Shown: in pieces, positions 39,201 to 45,300 of the stretch | Numbering within the stretch: the first letter of the stretch is position 1 | Layout: every line of letters starts with the position of its first letter | Source of the DNA: Sphaeroforma arctica JP610 | Taxonomy: Eukaryota | Assembly: GCF_001186125.1 (NCBI RefSeq) | Contig: NW_014040430.1 | Span: 96,406 to 141,705 of the forward strand | Direction: 5' to 3' | Length of the DNA stretch: 45,300 bases | Position numbers and translations under genes: made by a program | Notes under the pieces: model-generated | The model's database searches: none | Told to the model about the DNA's origin: nothing | Seen by the model: the letters and a program-made list of their open reading frames with translations, nothing else

Positions 39201-42200
39201 TATGATTGTACTCGGCACCAGCATTACACACGCATACAAATTGATTTTCTGAATGAAGCAATACGTACCTCGTCTATAAAGACATGCGTGTACGCACTCA
39301 AGTTCGCGTCCGATTGAAGCTGTTGCAGCAGCACACCTATCGTACAGTAGAGCAACCGGGTCGACTCCGTGACTTCCTTTTCGAATCTGATAGAAAGTAC
39401 GCCAATTTGTATCGGCCAAACAAACGAATGAGACTATTGGGATATCTTCACCAGCGAGTTCTGAAGGGACCGTTGGAAAAGTGTCACTATCGCAGTGACT
39501 CGAACGTTGGATGTGGACCTCAAAACACTCAGATTTAGCAAGGCCTGACTAACATACCTTATTTGGTACCCTACAAAGCCTCCTATACGTTCAGCACGCT
39601 CGTCTGCCACTCTCTCAGCAACACTGACGGCACTGATGCGGCGAGGTTGTGTGCACACTATGCGCACGTCTTCGTTTCGCTCGAGTATCATCTCATCCAG
39701 CAGCAGCTGTGGTATCTGAGTAGTCTTTCCGCATCTGTGAGCATGCATAATTTTAATCGTCCATGTATTGGTGTGCGATGTCTGTGTATGTATGATGCCA
39801 ATAGCTCGTTATTGTGTATTCAACGTACTAAGAGATTCAGTTCTGGGTGTCGGAGACAGGTGACATTCGCATGAGCAAAATGTTTATCGAGTACAACACT
39901 GAAAGCGCCATAAAACGTCCCGCAGCTGAGTACGAATGACAACTAGGTCTGTTGCTAAGGAAGGTGTACGTCATCGGCCTGCAGCTACCATACACATACA
40001 TACACATGCTATGTAATCATACTCAAAGTCAAACTACCGCCACGGAAGCTCTATTCCTAAGACGTGTGCCAGACCACGGCGAACACACAAGAAGTGCTGT
40101 ATACACATACCTGAAAATAAGACAACATGCCTGATCACACCCATTATTACAGTCACTCGACTGGTGAGTATCGTGAATAATAATATAGCTGACGGTTTAT
40201 ATACACTTCGGCATAGGGCACAACGTACTCAGTGGCCACGTATATCCCATTGACAATTGATTTACGGGTACACCTTCAGCACACAATACATATTGGTTAC
40301 AGGACTACTAAAAATAAATACCTCCAAATATATACCTATGGCATTCATCGGTACAAATTATAAACCATCAACTACACCTACTGTAGTTGCGTAGACTAGT
40401 ACTGCGCAGGGTGAATCAACTGTGACCGGTGCAAATGCACCACACGCCACTGCACGTGCACTCCATACACACACTTGAATGAACACGGCACAGCTTACTT
40501 GATACCGTAAGACGTGAGTTGTTGACAAGTGAGCATAATATCTGAATACAACACCTCATACCCGCCATCCTTTTGACGCAACATACCCGGTGGCGCCTAG
40601 CACTACGGTGACTCTGTTACTGAGCAGTGTGGCGAGAATGTGACTGCGATGCGCGTAGGCTGGCAGGCGTTCTCTTTGAGACAGCATAGTCCCATACAAT
40701 GCACCTGCCTGACTTTCACGGATTCTTGTCTGCGCTTGTTGCAGCCATCCGTCGTATTGAACCCGCCCTGACTATGTAAATAAATGTGGTATTGTAGTCA
40801 CGGTTTTGGAAGTACATAGATGAAGACGTGTGGCAGACATGGCCATAAGTGTGCACAGTATAAATATGAGGACATGGCGATAGTTGAAGATACGTATAAC
40901 TATGTATATGCATATAGTGATGTGTGCGTGTGTGTGCATGTGTACGTGTCTGTTGTATCTATATACACATAGCTGAGTGCCTCTACACTTTGTAATATAA
41001 TTCATACTGGCAGGGAGTGGCACGAGGCTAAACTTATCTTACCGGATACGAATTGTTCTGCACATTGACAGTATTCTATAAGCGTATTGTACCCACTCTA
41101 CTCCACCACCACACTATTGCTGTTGATGTGATTCAGCCTGACCTACAGCGTCTCGTATGCATCTGCACCGACATCAAGCACTCACATGGGATCCAAATAT
41201 AGCCCGCGTATGAGTCAATGATATCAGAGAGAAGAACTCGACGGCACTCACTACAACGTCATGGGCATGAGCTCCGACTGCCTATACTAACGAGTTCATT
41301 CAAGTAGTAAACAGTAAACTAATTTTGAGACCAGGCTCACAGCCCCGTAAAACGTTATGCCACTGACGGCTCAAATATCTAAACAGAATAATGAGAGACG
41401 ATGTCCGAAAGTATCTATAATACTCAACCGTAGCCAATAAACTCATGCGCATGTAATACCCAGACAATGGAAAGGACAGCATGCGCTTCAGACTCCTACG
41501 CAAGTCTCACAGCTGATGCTCTCCGTGAGAGAGTTCGAAGTTACCCTATTATCTTTGGTTGTATGTCACATCGAGTACACTCAAACTCACAGAACGACTG
41601 TATAGACTCCATTCGATACAAGACCAATACGGTACTTCCATACACGCATAGACACTCACGCACAACTACGTAGAACATATGCCCCACACCAATCCAAGCT
41701 ATAGACTCCATTCGATGCACAGACACATACGGTACTTCCATATATGCATAGACACTCACGCACAACTACTTAAATAATATGCCCCACACAAATCCAAGTT
41801 ATAGACTCCATTCGATACACAGACCCATATGGTACTTCAATATACGCATAAAACTCACGAATAACCACGTACAACATATGCCCCACACAAATCCAAGCTA
41901 CAGACTCCATTCGATACACAGACCCATACGGTACATACATATACGCATAAACACTCACGCACAACTACGTGAAACAGATGCCCCACACAAATCCAAGCTA
42001 TAGACTCCATTCGATACACCGACCCATAAGGTACTTCCATATACGCATAAACACTCACGCACAACTACGTGAAACATATGCACACAAATCCAAGCTATAG
42101 ACTCCATTTGATACACAGACCCATAAGGTACTTCCATATACGCATAGAAACTTACGCACAACTACGTAAAACATATGCCCCACACAAATCCAAGCTGTAG

Positions 42201-45145
42201 ACTCCATTCGATACACAGACCCATACGGTACTTCCATATACGCATCGACACTCACGCACAACTACGTAAAACACATGTCCCACATAAATCCAAGCTATAG
42301 ACTCCATTCGATACCCAGACCTATGGATAACCACATTTACATATGTGTCATCAGGCATGTAATTCGTTTGCATATTCAAAATATACACCCGTTGCTCTGT
42401 TTAACCTACCCAGGGTGACCCGTCCAGCAGTGTGTGCATTGACTGTTTGCGCGAGACTCCTTTCAGCGCTTCTCTGACGTCTCCTAGAGTCTTGGCTATC
42501 ACATCCATATTTAACTTCGGTTCAGCATAGAATGCTGGGACGGGTGAGGGGGGAGCCTCACCATCGGCTGGTTGGTATTCTCTCAAAGTAAAACTGACCG
42601 CTTTACCTTTACTTATATCTGGGTGATAGACCGAAAGCATGTTGCTACTATAAATGATAGCTCGAAATTCGTTCACGTGAACGTGTATTTATGTGCAGGT
42701 CTATACTCAAACCGCAGATATTAATAAAACCCCAAAGCTCTATCTCAGATCTACAGAATCCGAAGTAATAGCTATCCCAGCGGAAAACCGCCAACCTCTT
42801 CATATAGGCAACTGTGCGTGGCAACACACACCAGAGCGAATAAACAATTGCCTTATACAGTGCAGTATATAGTAAAACTTATCAGTACTCTTGCGATTGA
42901 CGTCTACGAATCCACTAGTCACTATCTCCTAAAAACAACTGTTGGCACGAAAAACCCGACATACCTGGACCGTGTAATATATCGAACAGAGAGAAAAATG
43001 GGAGACGACAACGAGCATTGGATAAACATACTGGCAAGCTAAGTTGTATATAAGTGGGCACCTAAGGCGGGCAAATTCTGCTGGACGCTGCCATAGTATG
43101 GCGCATGCCCATCATGTACACACGGGCAAAACCTATCAATGTTCGAAAATACACACAGCCTCGCACACACACATGTACTTACGGGTATCGTACAGATGGT
43201 TCCCCACGGCAGATAGGTGAGTTCCTAAGTTCTTGGCTCCAGAACCATTGCGTATGGATTTCTCCTTCACCTCGGCCAAAGTGTGCGGGTACTCCTCAGT
43301 CAACATCCGGTACAGATAATTGGTTTGTGCTTGGCCCCCGTTCGCCTTCAAGAGTACGGTGACTGGAGTTGAAGGATATGCACAGGAAGTCATACTAATG
43401 AATACAAAGTGAAGTATACTATATTTATGTGTGATTATGTGATATACACAGGAAGTCATACTAGTCAATACGAAGTGAAATATACTATATTAATGTGTGA
43501 GTCACATGAGCAGGTAGACACCATTTTGATGACCTTCAAGGCTAGCTGGGCCCAGTCCTGAAAGTAACGTACTAACCGATGAACCCATTCTGCTATACCG
43601 TTCTCCCCCTATTACTTCGAGTGATGAACTATAGATCGTTTCAATCCACGAACTAGTCAGTGGGGTCACAATGACTTTCCGTACCGCGCAAGAGGGCAAA
43701 TGATTAGATTGTATTGTACTTGACTATTGATACCACATGCACGCTGAGGAAGCTAAGTACACTTGTAGTGGGTTGCGAGAGCTGACAAGCTTATTTTTTA
43801 CAAAAAAAATGTATTGGGAACTCACGTAGTTCGCACACTGAAATTCAAATCCTATCTGTCATCGGAGTAAAACATAAGACAAGGTCCACAGTCAAACGCA
43901 TAAAACAAGTCATATTTCAATACACAACAGTTTACATACACGTGTAGAAAGGCGTCTCATGCAACGAGTGATTCGAATAACTAAACGCCAATAGTGCGGA
44001 TGCCAGACGTGCCAGCATTTCGATATATTCCAGACAAATAAAGTTCGATCTATTGTCAGTCAAGGCACAAGCACACCGGAGAGGAATTTCAATTTACCTG
44101 CACCGAGGAGGTCAAGGCTCAGAGCTTCGGCAGAGGGTCGGAGTAGAACAGAGCTTTTTTCAGAGAACCCCACACATTCCTCTAGGCAGATCTAAAAAGC
44201 CAGAAACGCAGCGTAGATATTATTGAATATAAGGCATTCATTAATATAGTCTAGGTACAATCTTCAGATGTACTTCCTCGCTACAGACTTCTCTATCTTC
44301 GGTCAGGCAGAAGAACAACATTTGAGGGTTTGTCCATATGGATGTACAAGATATCGAACATGGATATTCATGTACACAAACAAGTTTAAATCACAGCCCA
44401 TAGCAACCAACATTCACCACCAGGCGGAAAGAAGTATAGGATTGAGGATCGTATACATCATCCCAAACCCACATCGCCTCACCTCATACTGATTTTACGA
44501 CTGCGGTCATGCCAATATCTATCTTTGCGGCAATCGAGGAGACAATGGCAGTTGGAAACACCGCTCAAAGGCACCATGTGGACAACCACATTTTAGTGAT
44601 GACTCCTTGTGCATATATATGCAACACATGTCCGGAAAATTACATTTATCACATAAATGCATACGGACACATACATGTAGGTCGTAATATTACTGACTGA
44701 CTACACACAGGATTACGGTAGTAGAGAAGTAGGCACTAGCATGCAGATACTACACGGCCACTCTCATGAATTTATGCATGACTTTCCATGATGACCATAC
44801 ACAAGCACACGATACGATTAAAATACGTACACGCCCACATAAAATCCATCCCAAAATTTCTATCGTATGTGAGCCGTATACCTGTGTAATGCAAAATATA
44901 AGTCTTCACTCTTCATCGTGCCATTGGCAGATATGCATACATACTGGTTTTCAACTTCCACCCGAAATACACCGACTACTATACCTTTTTAAATGTTCTT
45001 TTCTCTACTCCACTAGCCAACTCAACTAGCGAGGTAGACTCAGAGTCCGCTTTGAACGCTCTCACAATATGTCGCAAGTTTTCCCAAACTTTGGGATCAT
45101 CTGAGGGTCTAACGTGCTGCATCCAGTCATAACCTCCACCACCAC
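30240..45145 (-). CDS. DEAH-box (RHA subfamily, DHX36/DHX57/YTHDC2-like) RNA helicase, multi-exon; 5' end probably beyond the window
   Basis: Spliced motifs: LPAY..GATG|CGKTT (junction 40587/39734), [22 protein letters not shown] (39269/38650), [33 protein letters not shown]2 [31 protein letters not shown]; last exon 30810-30240 ends in an RG/RS-rich tail. Confidence 0.93.
34421..34481 (-). repeat. Decayed intronic copy of the helicase motif VI exon segment
   Basis: gctgacacctaccaagaacccctgccccctctgctgttggcaattggccttgcggatcag parallels the exon at about 34648-34702 (gctgacacctgccagcacggcccctgcgctgttggcagttggccttgctgatcag). Confidence 0.85.
35480..36148. repeat. Two intronic minisatellites: about 4 x 70 bp (35480-35790) and about 5 x 44 bp (35923-36148)
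   Basis: cacaacttcacagacatttatatacgcata recurs four times; aacgtgcatcgaatataagcatgtg.. starts at 35923, 35967, 36011, 36055 and 36099. Confidence 0.9.
38641..38868. repeat. Tandem repeat, 4 x 57 bp, spanning a splice acceptor of the helicase
   Basis: tctcatgcacctattaggaatcaagaagtggatatagcgggataa.. repeats with period 57; on the minus strand each unit contains TAG|GTGCAT. Confidence 0.93.
41598..42322. repeat. Intronic minisatellite, about 7.3 x 100 bp
   Basis: tatagactccattcgata core recurs about every 97-100 bp, eight times; it explains the repeated [16 protein letters not shown]s. Confidence 0.93.
43381..43500. repeat. Tandem duplication with a period of about 66 bp
   Basis: cacaggaagtcatacta..tatactatatt.atgtgtga at 43381 and 43447. 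Confidence 0.85.
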
Positions 45146-45300
45146 TGTATAGTATGATCATGATAATCGTAAGTGCCACTGTGTACACGGCAAAAATATA
45201 TTACTGATTTGGACAGTTTTGATCTACCGAGTTCGATATATACAAGAATAGGTATATACCGTATATAATATATCCTATATATATAAATTTGTATATATAT

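Noticed and set aside
41598..42322. CRISPR-like array (also considered for 14492-14918 and 38641-38868)
   Set aside because: No unique spacers, whole units repeat, intronic eukaryotic context and no cas genes.

Overview
Intron-rich eukaryotic genomic DNA with (TA)n/(CA)n microsatellites, GT-AG introns and three N gaps, from a 454-era draft assembly (an untrimmed 454 Titanium paired-end linker is visible at 19102-19141). A unicellular holozoan such as an ichthyosporean is my guess from gene style, not something the sequence proves. Manual splicing gives: (1) the 3' nine exons (422-5756, +) of a protein whose tail resembles the cyclic-nucleotide-binding domain and C-terminal region of SLC9C/SOS1-type Na+/H+ exchangers, with a degenerate phosphate-binding cassette; (2) a ~650 bp TIR element with CAC..GTG ends (8425-9067); (3) an intronless, frameshifted GMC oxidoreductase (9932-11580, +); (4) a complete 11-exon N-myristoyltransferase (12173-19407, -, 484 aa); (5) a divergently oriented, disrupted F-box/LRR-like gene (19796-22494, +); (6) a dead piggyBac-like transposase (~23356-25417, +); (7) an intronless secreted 280 aa orphan (27886-28728, +); (8) a multi-exon DEAH/RHA RNA helicase (30240 to at least 45145, -) with an unusual N-terminus and an RG/RS-rich tail. 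Many intronic minisatellites are present, several copying splice sites. I found no CRISPR, rRNA or tRNA and cannot claim a clearly new multi-gene system; the best leads are the SLC9C-like protein, the GMC gene, the secreted orphan, the helicase N-terminus and the micro-duplication tracts beside the mobile elements.
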